Shown here: piece after piece, positions 50,901-61,240 of the stretch
Layout: the number at the start of each line of letters is the position of its first letter
How positions within the stretch are numbered: the stretch's first letter is position 1
NCBI GenBank assembly: GCA_002633005.1
Contig: NMRA01000774.1
Span: 45,501 to 109,500 of the forward strand
DNA: 64,000 nt
Direction of reading: 5' to 3'
Source: Phoronis australis
Lineage: Eukaryota > Animalia > Phoronida
Program-made: the position numbers and the translations under genes
Notes under the pieces: model-generated
Told to the model about the DNA's origin: nothing
The model's input: only the letters and a program-made list of their open reading frames with translations
The model's database searches: none

Positions 50901-53900
50901 CATACTTGGCGAAACATTTTTCAAAGTAAACAATAAATAATAATCACTTACTTTGAGACGATTCAGTTACATGCAGACGTTTCAGCCTGTTCCGCCAGGC
51001 CTTCTGCGATGAATGAGAGAGTTTCGCACCTTTCGCATTTACCTCACTATGCGAAAGGCACGAGACCCCTCATGCATCGAAAAACGCCAGGTGGACCAGG
51101 CCGAAACTTCTGCATCTAACTGAATCATCTCTATGTAAGTCATTATTTCTTATTCCAACAAACTTGATGGCAGAGCAACATACTTGGCGAAAGCATTTCG
51201 CAGCCCGCTTAATTAAGACAATGCAAGCACATGGTTATTCATTGGTCTATGCGCCGAATGGTCAACAAAACATGTTTTTGTGGTTTTGTGTACAAGTTAG
51301 CAGAAGGTTGTGACAACGGAGACCCAGCTAGCTGTAGAATGTAAATTCCTGTGTCCAGTTAGTGATGATTTATTGTAATCTTGACCAATGTTGCCGTGGA
51401 AACAACATTGAAAACTCCGGACTCAATTACTAGAGTCCAAGCTTTGTGACCTTTGACCTATCAAGCGTTCTTATGATTGGACAGTGCAAGCATGTATCAT
51501 GGCGGTACGTGTCGCCGCATAGCGGATGAAGAATGTTGCAAATTTCTGGTGATAGGGGCTGGAAAATGTTAATCGTGTCGAAGGGAGTGGGTGTTACACA
51601 GCTACCAACTGGTGTGCACCAAGGAGCATTTGTGGACAAAGCAGGCCGCCGAAGAGGTGTTGACCGGCAGGAGACCCACTGTTTGTCCTTTACATCACTC
51701 CGCTTCCGAACTGCACAACCTCGATTGGTCAGCTCACGGGTTAGCGCTAGTGACCGATAAATGAACAGAAATTGCTGACCAGTCTCGTGATTGGTTTTCC
51801 TCATTTCATGTAGTGTGTATCTACTAATAAATATTTTGTAACTCGAAAGCAGCTAATTAGCATATCGTCAGATGATGTTAGCGTGTGTTCTAATTCCATG
51901 GTTGATCGCTGTCTGGGGTTATTTTTGGTGTTTTCCCATATGACTTCGGCGATTTCAAGCACAGTGTGATTCTCAATAGAAAATCTACGTACATGTATAA
52001 CATACTGTAGATGACACAGGCAGCAGGTGGCACTGTATTGTTCACTACCAACGACTTTGGTAGATGTGATAGACCACCTGCACACCAGTCTGTCAGATGA
52101 TCACAGTTTCCACCTACAGTTATGGATTAGAGCCACGAACTGATAAGGGATGCAGCTGACTCGTATTTTCATGTATATAAAATGGCAACGGAACAAATCC
52201 TATTGAAATCCTTGACTGGTTGAAACAAACAGTATGCTCTAAATATTTATCGGATTTGTCAACATTTTCGTAACATTATGTTTTCATTGTGAGTGCATTT
52301 TTACTCATGGAATTTCGTAATACATCTGATAACTGAAGGAAAGACCGAATGTGTATCATAATTTCTGAATGTCTTTAAGTTACTCACCTTTACCGCCACC
52401 GCCACCGCCGCCGCCGCCGCCGCCTCCACATTCTTTCACGGGATTGCCTGGACAATAGCATTTGCAGTCTTTGCCCACAAATCCCTCTCCAGAGCACTTT
52501 TTAGTGGAGCATGAGCCTTCAGTAGATGTATAAATTACGAGCAAAGAAGATACTACAGATATACACCATAATACAACTTGAGCTGGCCGAAAAGTCGTTA
52601 ATGACTAGATCCCAAAACATATGTTATTTATTTTTATTTAGTTTTGGTTCAGGCGTTATTTGGAAAATCAAAGAGCAACTCTTTTTATATTAATTTCAAA
52701 ACGTGTCTTTGACATTGATGGACATTGTTGGCAAGACAAGTTATAATTGGTTAAAAGCTTAATTCATGTGGAATATTTAAGGGCAGTCTAGTTTGTCAAC
52801 GACATATTTCGCTTCTTGATAAAAAGGTCCACAAAACAACCTTAATGGACATTTAAATGTTCGAGTCACAAACTATTGGCGGACGTTAGTTTACCAGATT
52901 GTTCTAAAGGCTAAAGCTCACTCAAAACTCACAGCTAACGACAACCTCGACCCACAAACCCCCGACCCACAATCTCCGCTACCAATAACCAGCAACCCCC
53001 TCGACCCACGACCTGTAACAATGGACGTATCTTTGGGCCTTTTACACAATTCATGATCTTACTACGTCGCAGAGCGACTTTTCCATCAGGCTTACTTTCA
53101 CGCGAATCTGCTCTGGCTCAAGTGAGGTGGCTGAAAGTACTAAGTGGCGTAAGAACATGATCCGAAATAGCGGACTGTTAGCGTACTAACTTTGCCATGG
53201 AAATAGTTCCACGAGCGGTTAACAATGGCCCGGCTATGCTAGGTAGACAGTACAGTACGTTAACGTTAATGACCTAATTTCACATTTTTATTATTTGCTC
53301 TATATTGTTTACCCGTTAACAATAAACTCCATGTAACGCTGGGGTACTCTTTTTATTAACTCTTTTCAAACTGTATTCATTGAAGAAATTACATTTTCGT
53401 TGATTACTCGAAGTCTCGATCCAAAATGGCTTGAATCTGCCATTCACTGAAGAGCAGACGAAAAAATTACATTCTGAGGGCAACGACATTTGTAACGTTG
53501 GTATGTCTTTGAGTTGATGTGGTTGTTTCTTTTTTTCTGTTTTTGGCTTTCAAACTTTCCGAATCGACTCTCTTAAGTGCAAAAACAGGGAAAAGTCAGC
53601 CGAGCTCGCGGCCAGACTCTTTGGTCCTGCAAGTTAGCGCTTGTTCTAGGTTCAGATGAAGTCGAGCTTGTACAGTCTGAGTTCAAAGTGTTGTGGGCCG
53701 CAAGCGCGGCTGTCGTGGGTCGTGGGTCGAGGGGGTAATGAGTCGAGGTGATCGTGTTGTTCGCGGTTGTTTAAGGACAATCGTAATTTACCCTGTGACT
53801 CTCATAAATTTGTATTTCAAAAATCTGACTGAATGAACTGGAAGATGAGAAACATTTCTTGTTAAAATGCTCATTTTCTTCGAATTTATGTGTTGCGTAC

Positions 53901-56900
53901 ACAATCGAAATCCTTTTTTACATGTATGTTTTATTATACCCTTTAACCAGATGGCTACAAGTGAAGTGAAGAGCTTTGGAAATATCTGGAGATTTTTGTT
54001 CTGCCAAAGTCGTGAATCTTGTAAAATTCATGTATTGTCTTATTTGGCATTGTATTAGATCATGGCCGGTGGTGTGGATGTTATTGGATGAAAAACTTAG
54101 TAAGTCCCAGAGGTTTTGGACTTTTAGTATTCTCTTCTCCCTGTAAGACCATCTGAGAATCATCAAGACCAAGTATAATTCCGAATGCTGTTAAAGATTT
54201 CCCTCTCCATTACATGTAAGTTCTTCTTGCGGCAAAAGCATCGGTCAATTAACTTGATGGCTCCGATCCACACACATTTGGTTTTCTCTAAATTCGTCTT
54301 AAGCCCGGAAACTTGTAGAGTTTATCAGGTAGTTTACTAGACCCAATGATGTAATCGAAAAATTGGGTTTTTCTGTGAGATCTGTACCCTTATATTTATT
54401 GTTTTGATTCCACGGTTTTGCCTAAATAAGATTCAGATAGTCTCAGCACACATGATAAACAAACATGTTGAAAATGGATTCTCTTTAACCAACTTTAAAG
54501 TAAAAAGAAGCGAAACTGTCCTGAGATCAAGGAAAGCCGGGATCTCGTATTAAGCAGACAACTCCATCTGATCAAGCCATTTCAAAATTGAGATATGTAG
54601 ACAGCTTATTCAAAAATTTCCCATTCTCATCATCGCTAATAGTCCAGAAACATTTACGTCTTCAGTATGTTGCCTCACATCATGACTGTGTATAGTATTG
54701 TATACAATATTTCTGCCATTGAGAAAGCCCTTTGTTTCCATGTACATGTATGAGTGTAGTAAATTTCCAGTGTTGGGAGCTTCGCATGCACGCCAAACAA
54801 AAGGGTATACAATTTCCGAGAAAAAACATGGTTTCACTTGGTGATGCATTCTCGACATTTGTTAGTTTTTCGCAAAAGGAAATTCACACCTTGGTTTCTT
54901 CCAGCAAAACTTACAAAATTCACACCAGAATCTGTCTGGAACAGGCTTCACTGAGCGCACGCGTTCATCAATATATTTCGGGGCTTAGACTTGGAAAACT
55001 GTATTGTTATGAAAAGTTTATACTTCGTCGGTGTGTCAAAAATAGAATTTCTTGCAATTTTGAAAGTGACTAACTTTCACGGTAGCATCTTCTAAAAGAA
55101 GATTCTTCAACGTGGTTTTATGAGCCTCTTTTAATAAAACAATAACTTGCATTTCCCATTTTTAGGATTGAATCTTTTTTTGTATAATACTGTAATAGTT
55201 CCAGCCATTAATTTAAAGGGAGCACTTCAGAGTTGTCAATTTGGAGGTACAATCGTCATTTGGAATATCAGCAATTGGCTAGTTGTTGTGAGAGGTTGCT
55301 GCACACTCTTTCTCAATATCAGGAATATTGCATTATATTCCGCCTTCCTTTATACGGGGCTGTTGAATTTTCAAATCATTCATATTCGGATATACGGAAG
55401 TCTAAACGGGTTTTTGTCAGCAATAAGTTTTTCCGAGCAAGCATTTTTGTTTGGATTATTCCGGCTCCATGGATCCGTACCTCGCTCTAGCATTACTGAA
55501 GCGTACATGTATGTAACCGTGGTAGACTTGACTAGATTTTAGCAATAACAACAAGTATTATTTTAAGCTCAAAATTCAAAGATGTCGTTCAACATTCAAA
55601 CATAATGTAGACACCTCATGCATTGTTTTTTTTCACACGAAAATGAGACTCTTAGACTCACATACCGCTAATGAAGGTTCAGTGAGATTACATAAAGTTG
55701 CAACCACCAGGTAGAGGATTTCTTTTGACGAAAAAAAAATACACCTCTACTTGTTGAGAAGACCCCCAGGCTTGTACAATGCATCAAAAATCTCATTCAT
55801 TTTAAAATTGTCTACTAAAAGAAGGAAGCCCCAACACCTGCATATTTACACATTCACACTGAAAGGCTGTTTTAGCACACCCTCTTCTTCTCCGGTATCT
55901 GGCTAGCTGCCTGTACAGATTACTTACTTGGCTTGCAATTGTACATCAGATTTAACACCTTCACATCCCGGAAACTGAAGCCCGTGCTTCTTCCAATCAC
56001 ATTCTGTTTGCTTGAATCCAACGTCACAATTGTCCTTCTTCCATTTGCCGAAAAAGCCTGTTATACGGAATATCTAGTATACCATCAAACTTACATGTAA
56101 GTACCAAGCGTTACATTAATTGACACACTTTCGTACAGCTTCAGATATTGAGAACTGGTCGTTGTTTGAGCCGTTCAGCATCAAAGCAATCTAACAGCGA
56201 TCAACTGTTGGGTCCCTACAGTACATTTGTATGAACAGATATTCCTTTGGGTTGCAATTTGGATTTTCGTTAGAATTACATGTACATAGCTTAAAATACT
56301 GACTACTATCGACTGATTTTGAAAAGAAATCAGATTTTGTCTCCCCCACTATACATGTGTTTGAAGAAACAAGAACGAAAATGCCAGGATTTAATTACCC
56401 CGTAGGTTTAGACGGGTAACAACCAAGGCAAGGCAGTGCGTGGATTGCTTGGTAAGCCGTAAATTGTCGTGGAGAAGCAACTGCACGCCTTTGCCTGTTG
56501 ACCTGGCTGAGTTGACAGAGTATATCATGTACAGGTACATGTACATGTACAACAAATTTTGCCGCTCTACGTACACGAAGATTTGAATTAAGACAAGTAC
56601 ATGTCAGTACTGAAGCTAAAATTGGGGAAAACAGTGTGCATGTAGATACTTTACATTTTAGCAAATTGGCAATTAAAGATTTAAGGTGTGAAAATGAAAA
56701 TAAATCATACATGTAAGGTGTCCAAATAAAAACGTGTTTACTCCCCTTGACGGAATAAAACCATGACGAATGTCAGGCCGAGAAAGCCTAATTCGACTCG
56801 CTTAATTCTGTTTCAATGCTGAGAAACCGACTTCGGTTTAAAATCGTCATTTGCTGCACAGTCCTACTAATTTGCCACTAACACCTTCATTGTGTCATAT

Positions 56901-58878
56901 TTGCATTAGTCAGGTGCTGTTCTAAGAATTGGCTGCTCAGACGAGTGACCAGGGAAAGTTAGTGGCATTCTGAGTGCGAGTGTTACTGTATTGATAATAC
57001 TTTCCTTTTTTGCTGATGGAAGATAAAAATTGCGACAGAAGTCTTCTGGATCGTTTGATCCCGTTCCACAAGGTTGATAGATTCTGCTACTGAAAATCCC
57101 GTAATGCTTTTTAGGAGAGCTATATGTACGTAGGGCCCAGAAGCACAAGTGGCGGGTATACCATCATCAACAACTTTAATTTGTAACCTTGCTATATACT
57201 GTACATGGGAAAATGCACGCGCATGTATTGGTTCAAAATAGCACTGACAAAACACTCTGAGTCCGAAAACAAAATTCTGTAAAAAGCAGGTGTCAGATAG
57301 GTGAATTTTGACACTACGTAATACCCCCTGTCAAACATCCACAACTTGCCGTGATTTCCATGTCGCGAAAGCTCATCTATGGCCACAAGTATTGCCATCA
57401 ACAACAATAATTCTAGGAGTACGGCTGCAGGTTTGTTGAACATTTTAAGCAATATATTAGTCCAAGGATACGCAACCCTTAGGAACTGATGAAGTTTGAG
57501 TCTAATACTGGAATAAAAACTTACAAAAACTAGCGACGTTGCGTCCGCATCTCACGGACTTCAGCTTGGCTTGTGTCGTTATTGTTATTCTGGCCAATTG
57601 GTGGCGTTTTGGCCAGACGGCGCGGCATTGACGTCAGAACACCGTCCCATACATGTGACAAATCGAATCTTAAACCGCTTCTTTTATTTAACGGAAGATC
57701 TTCATGAACGTATTGAGAGTCCCTCTTTAAATAAAAAGGCGGTTTGAGATTTGATTTGTCACACGTATGGGATGGTGTTCTTAAGTCAATACAGGGCAGT
57801 CTGGCCAAAACGCCGCCAATTGGCCAGAATAACGATAACGTCACAAGCCAAACTTAGGTCATTGAGATGCGGACGGAACGTCGCTAATTTTGTAAGTTTT
57901 TGTTCCAGTATTAGACTCAAACTTGATCTTTCATTTCGACTGGATGTCTCAAAATTTTCATCTTTAGGAACTGAGTTGGTGAACCAACCCTTAAACTTGG
58001 TTGGACATCCGCACAGTGAACTTGTAGAATGAAATAGCATACACATCAAACTCGAATTGCACGTTAAGCACTAAACCCGCTCACATCAAAATTGCTATCC
58101 CGTGAACACATTTACCTGCACAGAAATAAAGCTGCAAGGAAATCAAACGTTTTGAAAGAACTTTTTCACTCGAAGATTCCACTTTTTACTTTTGGCTTGT
58201 CACTCTGACATTTGCATTTCTTAATCTCCCTGTGATCTCATTGGCTGACATTCGGTTCGCTCAATGACGTCATTGGGTAAAAAACTAAGACTAGAATATG
58301 CCAGACGATTTGAGTCGTTGTTGTTATAGGAAGGTAAAAAGAGGCGACATATTTCCGGTAAAGGGAATTTGCTTTGGTTAGTACCAACACACTGAAAAAA
58401 TGTCCTCCCACTCTTAGTTTTTATCCATTTCACCAAGGGGTGAAAAGGGCCCTCAGGGGGAACTTCAGCTCTGTTTACGAAACCATTATTGGCTTTTAGG
58501 AACTAAGAGTGCGGTATATTGCGCTTCGAAAAAATGTAAATATAGGGATTGCAAGCATTTAATTTTGACAAAATAAGACAGGCTAATGCGACATACTGAA
58601 ATACAACTTGAAGTGTGGGTGATACGCCACTTTGCCTTCCGTAGGCGGATTGTTGTGTATGAAAATATACTCACATACTGCCCGTAATGCATCACACTGG
58701 TGTAGTCGTATGGAACGTTATAAGTGTTGATCACATTTGAGCTGATCTTTTCAAAGTTATACAAGACTTGTGGTGGTATATTTTGCCGCATTATGCGCAC
58801 GTAACTGTCACGGTCTGGTCTCGTCTGCTCGTGAAACAAGCCGGCTGCGTGACCAATTTCATGTATAATTATTGATTT
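32848..58878 (-). CDS. Astacin-family (M12A) zinc metalloprotease with EGF-like module, Gly12 linker and three ShK domains; 5' exons lie beyond the window. Exons 58675-58878, 55928-56057, 52388-52516, 34642-34755, 34094-34207, 32848-32961
   Basis: All six exons have AG/GT boundaries, and their phases chain (0-0, 0-1, 1-1, 1-1, 1-1, 1-stop) into one open frame. Linkage across the 17.6-kb intron is inferred from phase, strand and typical astacin-ShK architecture. Confidence 0.8.
34094..34207 (-). CDS. ShK domain exon 2
   Basis: GCAG|(D)[37 protein letters not shown]|GTGAGT. 114 bp, phase 1-1. Confidence 0.92.
34642..34755 (-). CDS. ShK domain exon 1
   Basis: GCAG|(D)[37 protein letters not shown]|GTGGGT. 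114 bp, phase 1-1. Confidence 0.92.
36608..36648. repeat. (ATG)n/(ATT)n microsatellite, duplicated with different run lengths at about 37074-37110
   Basis: Read directly from the sequence. Confidence 0.9.
37291..37812 (-). mobile_element. Kolobok family A, truncated copy
   Basis: Ends GGTGGCATGCTCCT|TTAA. Colinear with 47135-47650. Confidence 0.8.
38370..39950. repeat. Cluster of fragments of an unclassified interspersed repeat, also at about 50080-50920
   Basis: Shared blocks ACAAAGGAACAGCGTCA, GCAAAAATTCACGTC, AAAATGGCACC, GTCCCGAAATCGA and AATTCGAAAACA. Confidence 0.65.
41306..42935 (+). mobile_element. Kolobok family A non-autonomous element, full copy (1630 bp)
   Basis: TTAA|AGGAGCATGCCATCC...GGGTGGCATTCTCCT|TTAA (RR..YY termini with TTAA). 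Carries a GYQFEPEY...GRMDNSL|GTAAGC fragment (about 42420-42525) resembling a KolX N-terminus. Confidence 0.8.
44757..45545 (+). pseudogene. Kolobok transposase 5' part (THAP domain plus Cys/His module), frameshifted and truncated
   Basis: [23 protein letters not shown] (THAP C2CH plus AVP box across two frameshifts), then [20 protein letters not shown]...[13 protein letters not shown]. Confidence 0.85.
45547..45846 (-). pseudogene. KolX-like second protein of Kolobok (P2X7 C-terminal 'ballast'-like Zn domain), truncated
   Basis: ATG at 45846: [16 protein letters not shown]...GYMFEPE...*...[29 protein letters not shown]. One in-frame TAG at 45691-45693. This frame is absent from the ORF track. 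Confidence 0.8.
50939..51147. repeat. About 210-bp imperfect palindrome made of two inverted degenerate minimal hammerhead motifs
   Basis: Arms of about 100 bp around a 10-nt loop (51039-51048). Each arm has stem I ATGCA/TGCAT (ATTCA in one), a GC-rich stem II hairpin, GAAAC and GTC or TTC. Confidence 0.7.
52388..52516 (-). CDS. Astacin exon: EGF-like 6-Cys module plus Gly12 linker
   Basis: AAG|(S)[42 protein letters not shown]|GTGAGT. 129 bp, phase 1-1. Confidence 0.88.
52895..53784 (+). mobile_element. MITE, same family as 8970-10030
   Basis: GATTGTTCTAAA...TTTAAGGACAATC termini. Internal blocks colinear with 9040-9760. Confidence 0.7.
53850..55480 (-). mobile_element. Highly degenerate L1/Tx1-type LINE ORF2 relic inside an astacin intron
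   Basis: In the expected order: [13 protein letters not shown] (endonuclease end), [50 protein letters not shown]. Confidence 0.6.
55928..56057 (-). CDS. Astacin exon: C-terminus of the catalytic domain
   Basis: ACAG|[43 protein letters not shown]|GTAAGT. 130 bp, phase 0-1. Matches the astacin AFS.NG..TI...IGQR.GFS..D...N.MY.C pattern. Confidence 0.93.
57488..57928. mobile_element. About 440-bp foldback palindrome (MITE-like)
   Basis: AAGTTTGAGTCTAATACTGGAA... pairs with ...TTCCAGTATTAGACTCAAACTT. The arms pair nearly to the centre at about 57708. Confidence 0.85.
58675..58878 (-). CDS. Astacin exon containing the zinc-binding motif and Met-turn
   Basis: TTTCAG|[24 protein letters not shown]...[12 protein letters not shown]|GTGAGT. 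204 bp, phase 0-0. HExxHxxGxxHE and SxMHY present. Confidence 0.96.
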
Positions 58879-60108
58879 CTGAAAAAAGTAAATGGACATG
58901 CATTTGCACAATGGATTTCAGAAATCATTTAAATGTTTGACATGGAACAGTTGTCACCATGGTATCCGGTGCCACAACTACAGTGCATTTGTTAAAGTGA
59001 ACAGTTGGTTTCATGATACCCACAATATTCCTGCCGCGCCAGCTCGGGCCAGCCCGCAAACAAAGTTCTTCCCCGCGCTCGCTAAGTGATGTGACTTCAT
59101 GTCCTCAATCTTTAAATAGGCCAAAGGTGAGCCACTGCGGTCTTGCCAGTCAAATGTTCGTTTCAAAAATGCCATCACTATTTGTCTTTAATTGGCGTTA
59201 CTTAAAACTGATTGTATTTCAATGAATTATTGTTTGTATTTGATAATAATAAATGCTGTTCATATGAGATTTTATAGTCTTTGTGCACATATTTGACGTT
59301 TTAATGATTAACAACACGGCAAATGCACGGCTGGTTCCCGGCAGCACGTACGCAGAGGAGGGGGGGGGGGAACTTCAGTTTTCAAAGTTCGCCAGTAGGA
59401 CCGCAACTTCTGACCTTCGGCCTGGTTAAAAGAATGAGGTCAAATCTCTTGGCGTGTGCCGACTGAAATTGGCAAGTTCACGATTTTGGGAACTGAAATA
59501 GGGACTGCTTAAAGAAAAAGTTTGATAACGGGAGTATTTGTTCGAGTTGGAAGGAATTAAACATATCGACAACCTCCTAAGGTGTTCCTCAATTCGCAAA
59601 AGGTATTTATAACAACATGACTATGATGTTTTAGTCGTTGCGAGGCAACAGAGGCGATGGTCATTGCCTACCCTCTAGGACGCTATCCCCGTATTACTGC
59701 GCACATTCCCTGTTCCCTCCAGAGCTATACCTTGCACAGAGATATGTGTTCGCGGACGAACCTTACTCCCGCACCTCTGTCCTTGCAAAGCAGTAACTGA
59801 GGCGGAATCGTGATTGGCTAAAACTCTGTGCGGCAGAAACTTCATTAATACCACCTTATCAACATGACATGGCCAATACAACTGTTAAATAAGCTATGGA
59901 AAATTAATACCCGTTAAAGTCAAGGCAGATTTTCTAAGTGTGCAATGAAGACAGAGGCATTTATATCTTGACAATTTCCCACTACTCTGTGCTAGTGTTC
60001 TAAAGGAATGCAAAGCGAAAAAAAAACATTAATGAAAAACGTGAGAAAAATCAAAAAGTATATCAACAGACGATGATTTACTCCATACTCATTATAATAT
60101 GCTCTCAG

Positions 60109-60227
60109 TCGTTACCCCCTATCTAGAACCCTCGTTGATTTTGTAGAATTATCGCCCACGGGGCTAACGCCCCTCGGACGATAATCCTTCAAAACTCTCG
60201 GGCTCTATATTACGAGGGATAACGCCA
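60109..60227. repeat. Short imperfect hairpin repeat
   Basis: CGTTACCCC..TAGAACCC..ATTATCGCCC pairs with GGACGATAAT..GGGCTCTA..GGGATAACG. Confidence 0.5.
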
Positions 60228-60827
60228 TGTAACAATGAATTTTTTATGTTGATATTGACCAAAGTGGCGAGCAGAATCACGTTTCATTCAAACCGCTTGG
60301 CCTTCGCATGTCGTTAGTCAAGGTCTGACCAATCAGTCGCTGTAGAAACTAGAAACCTTGACTACATGGCCACAACAGGAGTGCACTGGATATTAGGACT
60401 GCTACTTTTGACGAATCGTCAACGTTTTGTGTTTTAGTTGTTGGGCCGTCTCAGCTATTTTACGTAATTGTATGTTACTCAGACATGTTTATAAGCGTTG
60501 TAGTGGAGTCTAATCACACAAAAATGAAATTTTAGCAATAAATTCATTGAAACCAAACTATATTGTTGTCATAATAAATATTAAGTAATTGGTAGATAGT
60601 TCCATTTAAGTTGCCCAAATTTGTGCAAATGCATTTTTAAACCATGTGGTCAAACTCGTTTACATGTACATGTTTTTTGAAATCAAAATCTGTTTATAGA
60701 TGGTGTTTACTATTTTGGTTTGGGGCCAAGGCACTCTTAAGGGTTCTAGAAAATTCTGAGAGCAACTCGTAACATACCAATGATATGATTAGAAAAAAAC
60801 ATGTGATTTTTATTAGTCAATCGATAA

Positions 60828-60976
60828 AGGAGAATGCCACCCGATTTAAGACGTTTTTGTTAACCCTCTTAATCGGCGCGAATTCACATGCAATCGTATA
60901 CAGTTTGTCTCACCTCGCCGAAAGGTCTCACGTTAACATGTGAGGAAGGTGAATACACGGCGCAGGGAAGTCAGTG
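60828..60976 (-). mobile_element. Kolobok family A terminal fragment
   Basis: AGGAGAATGCCACCCGATTTAA...CGTTAACATGTGAGGAAGGTGA matches 44283-44430. Confidence 0.75.
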
Positions 60977-60999
60977 ATAAACTAAGAGCTTGGCACTTG

Positions 61000-61240
61000 C
61001 AACGTGGGTAGCAAGATAATGCCTGCAACTGTTGCATCACAAGTGACCACGAAGAAGAATCGTGGGTAGAATGCACTGCCAGCAAGTTTTGCTCCACGAG
61101 ACACTGTGGCCAGCAAGAGGAGTCGTGAGTAGAAGATACTGCCTGCAAGTGTTACGTCACGAGAGACTGTGACCGGCAAGAGAAATCGTGGGTAGGAGAC
61201 TGCCTGCAAATGTGGGGTCACGACGGACTGTGATCAGCAG
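61000..61240 (+). repeat. Diverged 63-bp minisatellite, about 4 units
   Basis: CGTG(G/A)GTAG recurs at 61003, 61061, 61124 and 61187, each followed by TGCC(T/A)GCAA. Confidence 0.8.

Noticed and set aside
57530-57844. 104-aa ORF with mirrored internal similarity
   Set aside because: A by-product of the DNA palindrome, with no protein-family features.
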